In this document: piece after piece, positions 26,345-36,530 of the stretch
Layout: the number at the start of each line of letters is the position of its first letter
How positions within the stretch are numbered: the stretch's first letter is position 1
Assembly: GCA_011042305.1 (NCBI GenBank)
Contig: DQXI01000238.1
Coordinates: 1-40,570, forward strand
DNA from: Desulfobacteraceae bacterium
GTDB lineage: Bacteria; Desulfobacterota; Desulfobacteria; Desulfobacterales; UBA2174
Reading direction: 5' to 3'
DNA length: 40,570 bases
Made by a program: the position numbers and the translations under genes
Notes under the pieces: model-generated
Told to the model about the DNA's origin: nothing
Seen by the model: the letters and a program-made list of their open reading frames with translations, nothing else
The model's database searches: none

Positions 26345-28414
26345 TCATCCCTCCGGCCGGGCTTCCCCCGCCACGGCCGGCGCATCGCCGGGTACCCGGG
26401 CCGTCGTGTGTCGGTAGCAGATCAGGCCGCACTGCAGGCAGCGGGCCGCCTCGCGCCGGGCCTGGGCTTCGTCGAACCCCTGCTCGATCTCCACCTCCGC
26501 CCCCGGCGCAGTCTCGCGGCACAGCGGCATGATCTCACGCGGCTCGGGCAACACGCCCTCAACATGGTCCACGTTTTGCACCACGCTGTGGGGGGTGAGG
26601 ACATTTTCGGGCAGCGCCAGGTCGCCGCCATACATCAGGCGATGGGCGGCTGCAGCCAGGCGCCGACCGGCAGCGATGGCCTTGATGGCGGCGGGAAAAT
26701 CGCTGAGCACGTCCGCCTCTGAAAAGAGCCCCATACCGCCTTCGGCGGCATTCAGGGGCGCCTTGTAGGGGGAGCGGGCCGTCCAGTTTTCCGAGGGGGT
26801 GTCGGCCTCGGCGTCGCCGGGCCTGTCGCTTTGGAAGATCAATTCCGGCAGGCGGCCGGCGGCCATCACCAGGTGCTGGGCAGCCACAAGGGAGATTTCG
26901 CCGCTGTCCAGGTTCCGCAGGCTCAATCCGGTAAGGGCAGACCCGCTGCCGTAGAGGGCGTCCACCGCCGTGGCGGTCATCACTTCGATGCCCTCGCCGG
27001 CGGGCGCGGCGCTTTCGGGGGCCTTGCCGCGCAACACCACCGTCACCCGGGCCGCGCCCAGCTCCCGGCAGCGGCTCGCCGCGGCCAGGGCCAATTCGCC
27101 GCCGCCGTACACCACCACATCTCCATTAAAGGCCGACTCCCCCTCGCCTTTGCTGCGAAGCCGCATCACGTCGATGAGCAGCCAGGTCCCGGGAACCATC
27201 GGGGGCGGGGGAGCGGTCCGCAGAGCCGCCAAGCGGCCGTCCCACCCGCCGGTGGCCAGCAGCACCGCCTCGTTGCCTTCGGCCAGCAGGCCGGCCACGG
27301 TCATGTCGCGCCCCAGGGTCTGGCCGGTGCGCGTCTCCACGCCCAGGGCCTCCACTGACCGCAGGTCTTCCTCCAGGACCGATGCTGGCAGCCGGTTGCG
27401 GGCGATGGCGGTACGCAGCAGGCCGCCCAGCTGGTCCGAAGATTCGTACACCACGACACCGTGGCCGAGGCGGGCAGCGAAAAAGGCGGCCGAGAGGCCT
27501 TCCACCCCGCCGCCGATGACGGCCAGGCGCCGGCCGGTGTCCGGGGCCTTGTACGGCAGGATGGGGCCGCCGTGGCTGCGCTCGTAGTCGGCGGCGAAGC
27601 GCTTGAGGAAGTTGATGGCCACCGGTTCATCGACCAGTTGGCGTCGGCACTGGTCCTCGCAGGGCCGCGGGCAGATGCGGCCGATGACCGCCGGGAACGG
27701 GTTGCGCTCCTTGATGGTTTGCACGGCCCCGTGATAATCGCCCTCGGCGATCTGGCGGATGTAGGTACGGATATCGATGCCGGCCGGGCAGACCCGCTGG
27801 CAGGGGGTGGTGCAATCGGACTGGGTGTACTCGTGGAGAATGCGCCGGGAAACCGAACTCAGGGTGATGATGTGCTTGGGGCAGACCCGTTCGCAGGCGC
27901 CGCACCCGGTGCATTTTTCGGCGTCCACCACCGGCAGGCCGTCCGGTCCCATGTGCAGGGCGTCGAACTGGCAGGCCCGCACGCAGGAGCCCAGGCCGAG
28001 GCAGCCGATGGCGCACACCTTCATTCCACCGCTGAGCAGGGCCGCCGCACGGCAGTCGCCGATGCCGTCGTAGTCGAACTTGGTATCGGCCTCGGCCACG
28101 CCGTAGGTGCAGCCCGGACGGCTGATGTCCGGCTCGCGCGCCTCGATTTTGACACCGAGCAATTCCGCGATGGCAAGGGCCGTTTCTTCCCCCGCCGCCA
28201 CGCAACTGTTGGGAGCGGCCGTTCCGGCGACGATGGCCGCAGCATTGGCGCTGCATCCCGGGTACCCGCAACCGCCGCAGTTGGCCCCCGGCAGGGCCGC
28301 CTCCACGGCCTCGATCAGCGGATCGACGTAGACATAAAAGATTTTGGATGCAATGGCGAGGCAGACGCCGACCGCCACACCGAGCCCCCCCATCAAGATC
28401 AAGGCTTGCAGCAT
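26345..28414 (-). CDS. RnfB N-terminal domain fused to a GltD/DPD-like FAD/Fe-S oxidoreductase
   Basis: TM anchor, LPGANCGGCGYPGC, CLGLGSCVRAC, CTGCGACERVCP, then PCQRVCPAGID..NPFPAVIGRICPRPCEDQC, a Rossmann fold and C-terminal EAARCLQCG. Confidence 0.9.
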   Translation of the reverse strand: MLQALILMGGLGVAVGVCLAIASKIFYVYVDPLIEAVEAALPGANCGGCGYPGCSANAAAIVAGTAAPNSCVAAGEETALAIAELLGVKIEAREPDISRPGCTYGVAEADTKFDYDGIGDCRAAALLSGGMKVCAIGCLGLGSCVRACQFDALHMGPDGLPVVDAEKCTGCGACERVCPKHIITLSSVSRRILHEYTQSDCTTPCQRVCPAGIDIRTYIRQIAEGDYHGAVQTIKERNPFPAVIGRICPRPCEDQCRRQLVDEPVAINFLKRFAADYERSHGGPILPYKAPDTGRRLAVIGGGVEGLSAAFFAARLGHGVVVYESSDQLGGLLRTAIARNRLPASVLEEDLRSVEALGVETRTGQTLGRDMTVAGLLAEGNEAVLLATGGWDGRLAALRTAPPPPMVPGTWLLIDVMRLRSKGEGESAFNGDVVVYGGGELALAAASRCRELGAARVTVVLRGKAPESAAPAGEGIEVMTATAVDALYGSGSALTGLSLRNLDSGEISLVAAQHLVMAAGRLPELIFQSDRPGDAEADTPSENWTARSPYKAPLNAAEGGMGLFSEADVLSDFPAAIKAIAAGRRLAAAAHRLMYGGDLALPENVLTPHSVVQNVDHVEGVLPEPREIMPLCRETAPGAEVEIEQGFDEAQARREAARCLQCGLICYRHTTARVPGDAPAVAGEARPEG

Positions 28415-28567
28415 GGTTTCCTCTCGGCTTGTTTTAAGGATGGACGCGGGGCGGGCGCGCCAGGGGCCCCCGCCAATGCTCAACGAAACCCTTTATCCTT
28501 TGTGCCGTGCGATTTTGTCAACCCTGTCGCTATCGATGTTGAACCGTCGCGGCCCGCGCACGCCGCA

Positions 28568-28921
28568 TCACCAGGATCCGTCCAGCCCCCGCAGGCCGTT
28601 CATGTAAAGGCGCCCGGAGGCGACAAACAGCGAATAGCGCGTCAAGAGAACAGGCAGATCGTAGGACTGGGCCAAGGCCACGACATTGTCGGGGGGACGC
28701 TTGCCGCGCACGAAAACCACGCAGCCGACCCCGGCGATCTTGGCGGTGCGCAACACCTGTTCGGTAGTCAGGCCGGTGAGCAAAACCGCCGACTTGGCCG
28801 CCGCCGACAGCACGTCCTCCATCAGGTCGGCCCCCCCGCCGGCCAGGACGATGTCGTCCAGGTGGTCATCGCCGTGCAGCACTTGGGCCTTGAGAATATC
28901 GCGGACTTCGTAGATTTTCAT
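28568..28921 (-). CDS. DRTGG-domain protein
   Basis: GADLMEDVL, VLLTGL...Q.LRTA, VVFVRGKRP, LF.ASGRLY..GLRG. Confidence 0.85.
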   Translation of the reverse strand: MKIYEVRDILKAQVLHGDDHLDDIVLAGGGADLMEDVLSAAAKSAVLLTGLTTEQVLRTAKIAGVGCVVFVRGKRPPDNVVALAQSYDLPVLLTRYSLFVASGRLYMNGLRGLDGSW

Positions 28922-28952
28922 GGACATGGGAAAGACCTGCCGCAGCTAAAAG

Positions 28953-29200
28953 TTACCGATACCTCTCGCGGTTTCGACTGGGACAACACCCGTCCTCGCA
29001 GGTAGCGCCTTCCTCCGGGCGCAACACGTAATACACGCGGCCGACCACGGGCTCGGCGCAACACGGTAACGATGGCGCCCGGGGTTTGCCGGTGGGCGGC
29101 GATGATGCGGTCCACAGCCACCAGGGTCGCCGCATCGATGTCGGCCAGATCGCTAGGCGCGGGGCGCGGGCGGGTAAATTTTCCCGCTGAAAACATTTCA
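28953..29200 (-). pseudogene. Collapsed NuoE/HydC-like [2Fe-2S] subunit remnant
   Basis: DIDAATLVAVDRIIAAHRQTPGAIVTVLR resembles a NuoE N-terminus. A different frame ends ...RERYR* just before the DRTGG gene. No intact Cys motifs. Confidence 0.55.
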
Positions 29201-29403
29201 CAAACGCCTGGGGATGTCAATGAAATCTCAAGCAAATGGCGGGACCATCAGGGACCTCGCGGCCCTTGACCAAACGGCGCATGGGTCGCTGGGCCGGGAC
29301 GCCTTCCGGAAAATTTTGAGCCGCCTGGCGGTTTCCCGGCCGCCAGGTTTTTGCTATGCTCGGCGCACCGGCTCGACCGACCCGGCAACCGAATCGAGGT
29401 GCC

Positions 29404-30225
29404 ATGATCCGCTACAAGCCAATGGCCGAAGAAACGGCCCGCCGTATCCGCCGCCACATCTCCGGTTCGCCCGAAGTGGGCCTGATCACCGGCACCGGCC
29501 TGGGTGCCGCGGTGCCCGAGATGTCCGCGACCGTCGATTTCGACTACGAGGACTTGCCCCATTTTCCCCGCTCCACCGTCGCCGGGCATCCGGGCCAGCT
29601 GTCGCTGGGCCGGGTGGCCGGCCGCCTGGTGCTGGCCTGCAAGGGGCGGTTTCACCTCTACGAGGGCTACGATCCGCTGCAAGTCACCTTTCCCGTCCGC
29701 GTCATGCAGGAGCTGGGGGTGACCTGCCTCGTGGTGACCAACGCCGCCGGCGGGCTCAACCCGGATTTCGTTCCGGGAGATATCATGCACATCCGCGACC
29801 ACATCAACCTCACCGGGGTCAACCCGCTCTGCGGGCCCAACGAGGAGCGATGGGGGCCGCGTTTCCCGGACATGTCGCGCGTTTACGATCCGGGCCTGGA
29901 AGCCCTGGCCCACCGCAAGGCCCAAGAGGCGGGCTTCACGCTGCGTCGAGGGGTCTACACCGGGCTGCGGGGCCCCTCGCTGGAAACCCCGGCGGAGGTC
30001 CGCTTTCTGAAAATCATCGGTACCGATGCGGTGGGTTTTTCCACCGTGATGGAAACCATCGCCGGGGCGCATGCCGGCATGCGGGTGCTGGGGCTGTCCA
30101 CCATCACCAACGTCAACAACCCGGACCGACCGGTGCCCGCCACCCTGGAAGAGATCGTAGCCGTGGCCAGCGCGGCCGCCCCGCGCCTGGCGACCTTGGT
30201 GGAAGCAGTGATCGCCGCGCTTTGA
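29404..30225 (+). CDS. Purine nucleoside phosphorylase (trimeric PNP/XapA type)
   Basis: GLITGTGLG, STVAGHPG, GRFHLYEGY, TNAAGGLN, DHINL, GPSLETPAE, DAVGFSTVME, ITN (Asn of 6-oxopurine specificity). Confidence 0.93.
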   Translation: MIRYKPMAEETARRIRRHISGSPEVGLITGTGLGAAVPEMSATVDFDYEDLPHFPRSTVAGHPGQLSLGRVAGRLVLACKGRFHLYEGYDPLQVTFPVRVMQELGVTCLVVTNAAGGLNPDFVPGDIMHIRDHINLTGVNPLCGPNEERWGPRFPDMSRVYDPGLEALAHRKAQEAGFTLRRGVYTGLRGPSLETPAEVRFLKIIGTDAVGFSTVMETIAGAHAGMRVLGLSTITNVNNPDRPVPATLEEIVAVASAAAPRLATLVEAVIAAL

Positions 30226-30243
30226 GAGCAACCCCGATCGGAT

Positions 30244-31557
30244 TCAAGCCACCCAGGAAGTCACCAGGGCCGCCTTGGCCCGGGCCTGGTCCAGCAGGGA
30301 CGCAAGGTCGATGGTGAGCAGGCGCCGATCGCGCATCACCAGGCGGCCGTCGATCACCGTGTGACGCACGTCGGCACTGCGGGCCGCGTAGACGAGGTGC
30401 GAGACCGGGTTGTAGAGCGGGGTGAGATGCGGCTGGCGGGTGTCGACCACGATGAGGTCGGCCCGCTTGCCCGTCTCCAGGCTACCGATGCGGTGGGCCA
30501 GCCCCAGGACCCGGGCCCCTTCGATGGTGGCCAGGCGCAGCACCGTGGCCGCATCCATCACCGTCGGGTCCAGCCGCTGCACCTTGTGCAGCTTGGCCAC
30601 GGTGTCCATTTCCCCGAACAGGTCCAGGTCGTTGTTGCTGGCGCAGCCGTCGGTGCCCAGCCCCACCGTCACGCCGGCGGCCAGCAGCTCGGGCAACTGC
30701 GCCACCCCCGAGGCCAGCTTCATGTTGCTCTCGACGCAGTGGGCCACCCGCACGCCCCTTTGGGCCATCAGGGCGATTTCATCGGCTGTCAGCCAGACGG
30801 CGTGGTCGGCGATCAGGTTGGCGTGCAACAGGCCGAGGCGGTCGAGATGGGCCACCGGCCGCAGCCCGTAACGCTCCTGGATCTGGCGGGTTTCACCGTC
30901 AGTCTCCGCCAGGTGCATCACCAGCGGCACGTCGTAATGGCGGGCGATGCGATCGGCTTCCCGGAGCAGCTCCGGCCGGCAGGTGTACGGCGCGTGGGGC
31001 TGAACGGCCACCGAGACCAGGGGATCGCCCCGCCAGGTCTCGATGAGTTCGCGGGTGTAGGCGAAGCCGGCCTCGATGGGACCGTAGTTGGGCGAGGGAA
31101 AATCGTAGAGCACCTCCCCCACCACCGCCCGCACCCCGCAGTCCCTGGCGGCCCGGGCCACCTCGTGGGCGAACAGGTACATGTCGCAAAAGCAGGTGAT
31201 CCCCGCGCGAATCATTTCGGCGCAGGCCAGGCGGGCGCCGGTGTGCACGAACGCGGCATCCATGCGCGCCTCGGCGGGAAAGATGTAGCTTTCCAGCCAC
31301 TGCATCAACGGTAGGTCGTCGGCCAAGCCGCGAAACAACGTCATGGCGGCATGGGTATGGGTGTTGATCAACCCGGGCAGAACCAGCCCGCCTTCGGCAT
31401 CCAGCCGCTCGCCGCCGGCGGTGGCGGGCGGATCCCCCGCTTCCACGGCCGCGATGCCGCCGTCGCGCACCATCACGTAGCCGCGGGGCAGGATCGTGCT
31501 ATCCGCGTCCATGGTCACCACCGTTGCATTGTAGATCACCAGCTCTTGTTCGGGCAT
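30244..31557 (-). CDS. Amidohydrolase, MTA/SAH deaminase (MtaD/DadD-like), copy 1
   Basis: PGLINTHTHAAMTLFRG.ADD..L..WL..IFPAE, HAPY, HLAET, SNMKLASG, LGTDGCASNN. Confidence 0.9.
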   Translation of the reverse strand: MPEQELVIYNATVVTMDADSTILPRGYVMVRDGGIAAVEAGDPPATAGGERLDAEGGLVLPGLINTHTHAAMTLFRGLADDLPLMQWLESYIFPAEARMDAAFVHTGARLACAEMIRAGITCFCDMYLFAHEVARAARDCGVRAVVGEVLYDFPSPNYGPIEAGFAYTRELIETWRGDPLVSVAVQPHAPYTCRPELLREADRIARHYDVPLVMHLAETDGETRQIQERYGLRPVAHLDRLGLLHANLIADHAVWLTADEIALMAQRGVRVAHCVESNMKLASGVAQLPELLAAGVTVGLGTDGCASNNDLDLFGEMDTVAKLHKVQRLDPTVMDAATVLRLATIEGARVLGLAHRIGSLETGKRADLIVVDTRQPHLTPLYNPVSHLVYAARSADVRHTVIDGRLVMRDRRLLTIDLASLLDQARAKAALVTSWVA

Positions 31558-32060
31558 GGCCTCCATCCATTTCGGTGCGCGCCAGGGCAAACGGTCTTGA
31601 CGCCCCCCTGAAAGAAATCCGCAATCGGCCGGACGACACGGATTCCGGGTCGAAGCCAGAAAACGCGGGGGAGGGGAATCCTGGCCCCGGCTTGCAAACC
31701 GGCCCACAACCCCGCGCACCGGCTGGACAGCTGCGGCCCGGGGCGGTAAAAGAGGGGCCCATGGATTCCAACGACCTGGTTATCTACAACGGCATCGTGA
31801 TGACGGTCAATCCGGCCTTCGACATCCACCGGCCCGGAATGGTCGTCATCCGCGATGGCTGCATTGTCGAAGTGGGCCCCTGGGCGCCCGGCCAACCGCC
31901 GCCCCCGGCACGACAACGGATCGACGCCGAGGGCGGCATCGTGATGCCGGGCTTGGTCAACACCCACACCCACCTGCCCATGACCTTGTTCCGCGGCCTG
32001 GCCGACGACCTGCCGTTGATGCAGTGGCTGGAAAGCTACATCTTTCCCGCCGAGGCGCGC
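31264..32060. repeat. 48-bp identical inverted repeat inside the two deaminase genes (31264-31311 and 32013-32060)
   Basis: CCGTTGATGCAGTGGCTGGAAAGCTACATCTTTCCCGCCGAGGCGCGC is present on opposite strands. Confidence 0.85.
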
Positions 32061-33083
32061 CACATCAACGCCCGAACGGTCGATCGCGGCACCCGCCTGG
32101 CCTGCGCCGAGCTGCTGCTCGGGGGAACCACCTGCTGCTGCGACGGCTACTTTCTCGCCGACCAGGTGGCCGAAGCGGCGGCCGCCATGGGCCTGCGCGG
32201 TGTCATCGGGCAGGGCGTGGTGGATTTTCCGGCCCCGGGGGTGCCGGATGCCGCCGGCAACGTGGAAGCGGCCGGGAACTTCGTCAACCGCTGGCAAAAC
32301 AAGTGCTCACGCATCCACCCGGCCATTTTCTGCCACTCGCCCTACGCCTGCGGCCGGGACACCCTGGTACGCGCCAAGCGGGCGGCCCGCGCGGCCGGGT
32401 GCCTGTTCCAGATCCACGTGGCCGAAACCGAGGCCGAGCGGCGCGAAAGCATCGCGGCCCACGGGCTCTCGCCGGTGGCCTGGCTGGAGCATTTAGGCAT
32501 CTGGGATGATCGCAGCCTGGCGGTACATGCCGTGTGGGTGGACCGGGACGACATCGCGATCCTGGCCAGGCGCCGGGTGGCCGTGTCCCACAACCCCCAG
32601 AGCAACATGAAACTGGCCTCGGGCGTGGCGCCGGTGCCGGCTTTGCTGGAGGCGGGCATCACGGTGGGCCTGGGTACCGACGGCTGCGCCAGCAACAACG
32701 ACCTGGACCTGCTGCGGGAGATGGACACCGCCGCCAAGCTGCACAAAGTCACCACGGGCCGCCCCACGGTGGCCGATGCGCGGCAGGTGGTGGAAATGGC
32801 CACCAGCGCCGGGGCCAGGGCCATCGGCCTTGGCGATGCGGTGGGCAGCCTGGAGCCGGGCAAACGGGCGGACATTGTCGTCCTGCACGCGGACCGTCCC
32901 CACCTCGTGCCGGTCTACCACCCGGCCTCGACGGTGGTTTACGCTGCCACGGCCGCCGACGTTCGCCACGTTCTCGTCGACGGGCAAATGGTGGTGCACG
33001 ACGGCATCCTGCAGACCGCCGACGTGGACCAAATCCTGGCAGATGTGCGGCAGGTGGCCGCCAGGATCGTCCCGGCGCATTGA
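31761..33083 (+). CDS. Amidohydrolase, MTA/SAH deaminase (MtaD/DadD-like), copy 2
   Basis: PGLVNTHTHLPMTLFRG.ADD, HSPY, HVAET, SNMKLASG, LGTDGCASNN; divergent from copy 1. Confidence 0.9.
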   Translation: MDSNDLVIYNGIVMTVNPAFDIHRPGMVVIRDGCIVEVGPWAPGQPPPPARQRIDAEGGIVMPGLVNTHTHLPMTLFRGLADDLPLMQWLESYIFPAEARHINARTVDRGTRLACAELLLGGTTCCCDGYFLADQVAEAAAAMGLRGVIGQGVVDFPAPGVPDAAGNVEAAGNFVNRWQNKCSRIHPAIFCHSPYACGRDTLVRAKRAARAAGCLFQIHVAETEAERRESIAAHGLSPVAWLEHLGIWDDRSLAVHAVWVDRDDIAILARRRVAVSHNPQSNMKLASGVAPVPALLEAGITVGLGTDGCASNNDLDLLREMDTAAKLHKVTTGRPTVADARQVVEMATSAGARAIGLGDAVGSLEPGKRADIVVLHADRPHLVPVYHPASTVVYAATAADVRHVLVDGQMVVHDGILQTADVDQILADVRQVAARIVPAH

Positions 33084-33132
33084 CTGGATTTATTTCGGAA
33101 TTTCCTTTTGCCGTTGCCACGAAGAGCTGTTC

Positions 33133-34839
33133 ATGTCGCTTAAATCGCTGATCCAGGCGGCCCAGGGCCAAATCGACTGTGACCTGCTGTTGACCCATGC
33201 CAGGATCATCAACGTCTTCGACGGCCGCATTTACGAGGGCTGCATCGCTATTCACGGCGGATACATCGCGGCCCTGGAGCGGCGTCCCGCGCGGCGGGAA
33301 ATCGACCTGGGCGGACGCTGGGCCGCGCCCGGTTTCATCGACGCCCACGTGCACATCGAAAGCGCCATGAGCGTACCGGCCCAGTTCGCCCGGGCCGTGC
33401 TGCCCCACGGCACCACCACGGTAGTGGCCGACCCCCACGAGATCGCCAATGTCCTGGGCACCGCGGGCATCGACTACATGCTGGCCGCCAGCGAGGGGCT
33501 GCCCTTGCAGTGTCTCTTCGCCCTGTCCTCCTGTGTGCCGGCCACCGCCATGGAAACCGCCGGCGCCCGCCTGGGCGCCGCCGACCTGGAGCGTTTCTGG
33601 TCCCATCCGCGTATCGTAGCCCTGGCGGAAATGATGAATTTTCCCGGCGTACTGGCCGCCGATACCGAAGTGCTGGCCAAGATCGCCGCCGCCGAAACAC
33701 GGGGCAAGCCGGTGGACGGTCACGCCCCGGGACTGGGGGGAGCAGGCCTGGCAGCCTACATCGCCGCCGGGGTGGGCAGCGACCACGAGTGCACCCGGCC
33801 CGAAGAGGCCCTGGAAAAACTCGCCGCCGGCATGCGCATCATGATCCGCGAAGGCACCGGCGCCAAGAATCTCGACGCCCTGCTGCCCATCGTCAACGAC
33901 GACAACTGGCCGCGCATCATGTGGTGCACCGACGACCGGCATCCCCACGATCTCATCGCCGAAGGACACATCGACGCCCTGGTACGCCGGGCCATCGCCG
34001 CTGGGATGGACCCGGTGCGCGCCATCCGCCTGGCCACCCTCACGCCCGCCACGTATTTCGGCCTGCGCCGCTGCGGGGCCCTGGCCCCCGGCCGGCGGGC
34101 CGACGTGGTGATTCTCGACGACCTGGAGCAGCTTGCCGTCGGCCAGGTGTGGGCTGGCGGACAACAGGTGGCCGCAGGGGGAGCCATGATCCTGGAAGAC
34201 GACACCTCCAGCCCGGTAGCTCCCACCGTGATGCGGCTGGACGCCTCGTCCTTGAACCTGGCCGTGCCCGCCAACGGCGGCCAGGTCCGGGTCATCGAAC
34301 TGGTGCCCGGGCAAGTCGTCACCGGCAGCGGCCAGGCGACGGCAAGCGTCAGGGACGGCCTGGCGGTGGCGGACCCGTCCCGGGACCTGCTCAAGCTGGC
34401 GGTGGTGGAGCGCTACAGCGGCCGCGGGCAGACCGGCATCGGGTTCGTGCGCGGCTTCGGCCTGAAACGCGGCGCCCTGGCCTCCAGCGTGGCCCACGAC
34501 TCCCACAACATCATCGCCGTGGGCGTGGAAGATGAGGATCTGCGCACTGCCATCGCCGCCGTGGCCGAGATGGGCGGCGGCTTGGCCGTCGCCGCCAACG
34601 GCCGGGTTCACAGCCGCCTGCCGCTGCCGGTGGCCGGGTTGATGAGCCTTGAGCCGGTGGAAACGGTCCGCGATCGGCTCGACCGGCTCAACGCGGTGGT
34701 GCGCACGCTGGGCGGACGGTTGAGCGATCCGTTCATGACCCTCTCGTTTCTCGCGCTGCCGGTGATTCCCGAGCTCAAGCTCACCGACCAGGGCCTGGTG
34801 GACGTGGTCCGCTTTGCCCTGGTGCCGCTTTTCGTGTAA
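33133..34839 (+). CDS. ade: Adenine deaminase
   Basis: PGFIDAHVHIES, ADPHEIANV, SSCVPAT, EMMNFPG, DGHAPG, SDHEC, IREG, CTDD, SSVAHDSHN, SFLALPVIPELK. Confidence 0.96.
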   Translation: MSLKSLIQAAQGQIDCDLLLTHARIINVFDGRIYEGCIAIHGGYIAALERRPARREIDLGGRWAAPGFIDAHVHIESAMSVPAQFARAVLPHGTTTVVADPHEIANVLGTAGIDYMLAASEGLPLQCLFALSSCVPATAMETAGARLGAADLERFWSHPRIVALAEMMNFPGVLAADTEVLAKIAAAETRGKPVDGHAPGLGGAGLAAYIAAGVGSDHECTRPEEALEKLAAGMRIMIREGTGAKNLDALLPIVNDDNWPRIMWCTDDRHPHDLIAEGHIDALVRRAIAAGMDPVRAIRLATLTPATYFGLRRCGALAPGRRADVVILDDLEQLAVGQVWAGGQQVAAGGAMILEDDTSSPVAPTVMRLDASSLNLAVPANGGQVRVIELVPGQVVTGSGQATASVRDGLAVADPSRDLLKLAVVERYSGRGQTGIGFVRGFGLKRGALASSVAHDSHNIIAVGVEDEDLRTAIAAVAEMGGGLAVAANGRVHSRLPLPVAGLMSLEPVETVRDRLDRLNAVVRTLGGRLSDPFMTLSFLALPVIPELKLTDQGLVDVVRFALVPLFV

Positions 34840-34879
34840 ACCGCCGGTAAGCTGAAACACCCCAACAAAGGAAGGTGCG

Positions 34880-35992
<1,113 letters not shown>

Positions 35993-36056
35993 GACTTGAA
36001 ATTTCCGCTTCGGCCGAGCTCTTGCTTTTCGGCCTCTTTTACCCTTTAATGCGCCC

Positions 36057-36530
36057 ATGCTCAGCGACCTGGAAAAACGCGTCATCGCCTCGATTCAAGG
36101 CGACCTGCCCGTCACCGAGCGGCCCTATCGGCTGATCGCCGAGCGCTTGGGCATCTCGGAAGCGCAGTTGCTGACCGTCTTGCGCGATCTGTGTGACCGC
36201 GGCGTGATCCGCCGTTTCGGCGCCACCTTGCGCCATCAAAAATCCGGTTTTGCCGCCAATGCCATGGGGGCCTGGCGAGTGCCCGAAGCGCGCGTCACCG
36301 AGGTGGGCCAGATCATGGCCGCCTCGCCCAGCGTGTCCCACTGCTACCGCCGCGATCCCAACGCCCGCTGGCCGTACAACCTCTACACCATGATCCATGC
36401 CGGCGACCGGGAGACCTGCCAGGCCATCGCCGAGGATCTCTCCCGCCGCACCGGGATATCGGACTACATCCTGCTGTTCAGCCGCCGCGAACTGAAAAAA
36501 ACCTCCATGCAGTACTTCCCTGACCCGTGA
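36057..36530 (+). CDS. ahbB: Siroheme decarboxylase beta subunit (Lrp/AsnC-like fold)
   Basis: QGDLPVTERPY, IRRFGATLRHQKSGF.AN.M.AW, VSHCYRR..WPYNLYTMIH, ELKKTSMQYF. Confidence 0.85.
   Translation: MLSDLEKRVIASIQGDLPVTERPYRLIAERLGISEAQLLTVLRDLCDRGVIRRFGATLRHQKSGFAANAMGAWRVPEARVTEVGQIMAASPSVSHCYRRDPNARWPYNLYTMIHAGDRETCQAIAEDLSRRTGISDYILLFSRRELKKTSMQYFPDP

Noticed and set aside
29184-29203. Possible Rex box (ATTTCACAAA) upstream of the NuoE relic
   Set aside because: Only one half-site matches with correct spacing; insufficient without a PWM scan.
36057-36530. Lrp/AsnC transcription regulator of the purine cluster
   Set aside because: HCYxR, WPYNLYTMIH and ELKKTSM match the AhbB/NirH decarboxylase subfamily rather than a true regulator.
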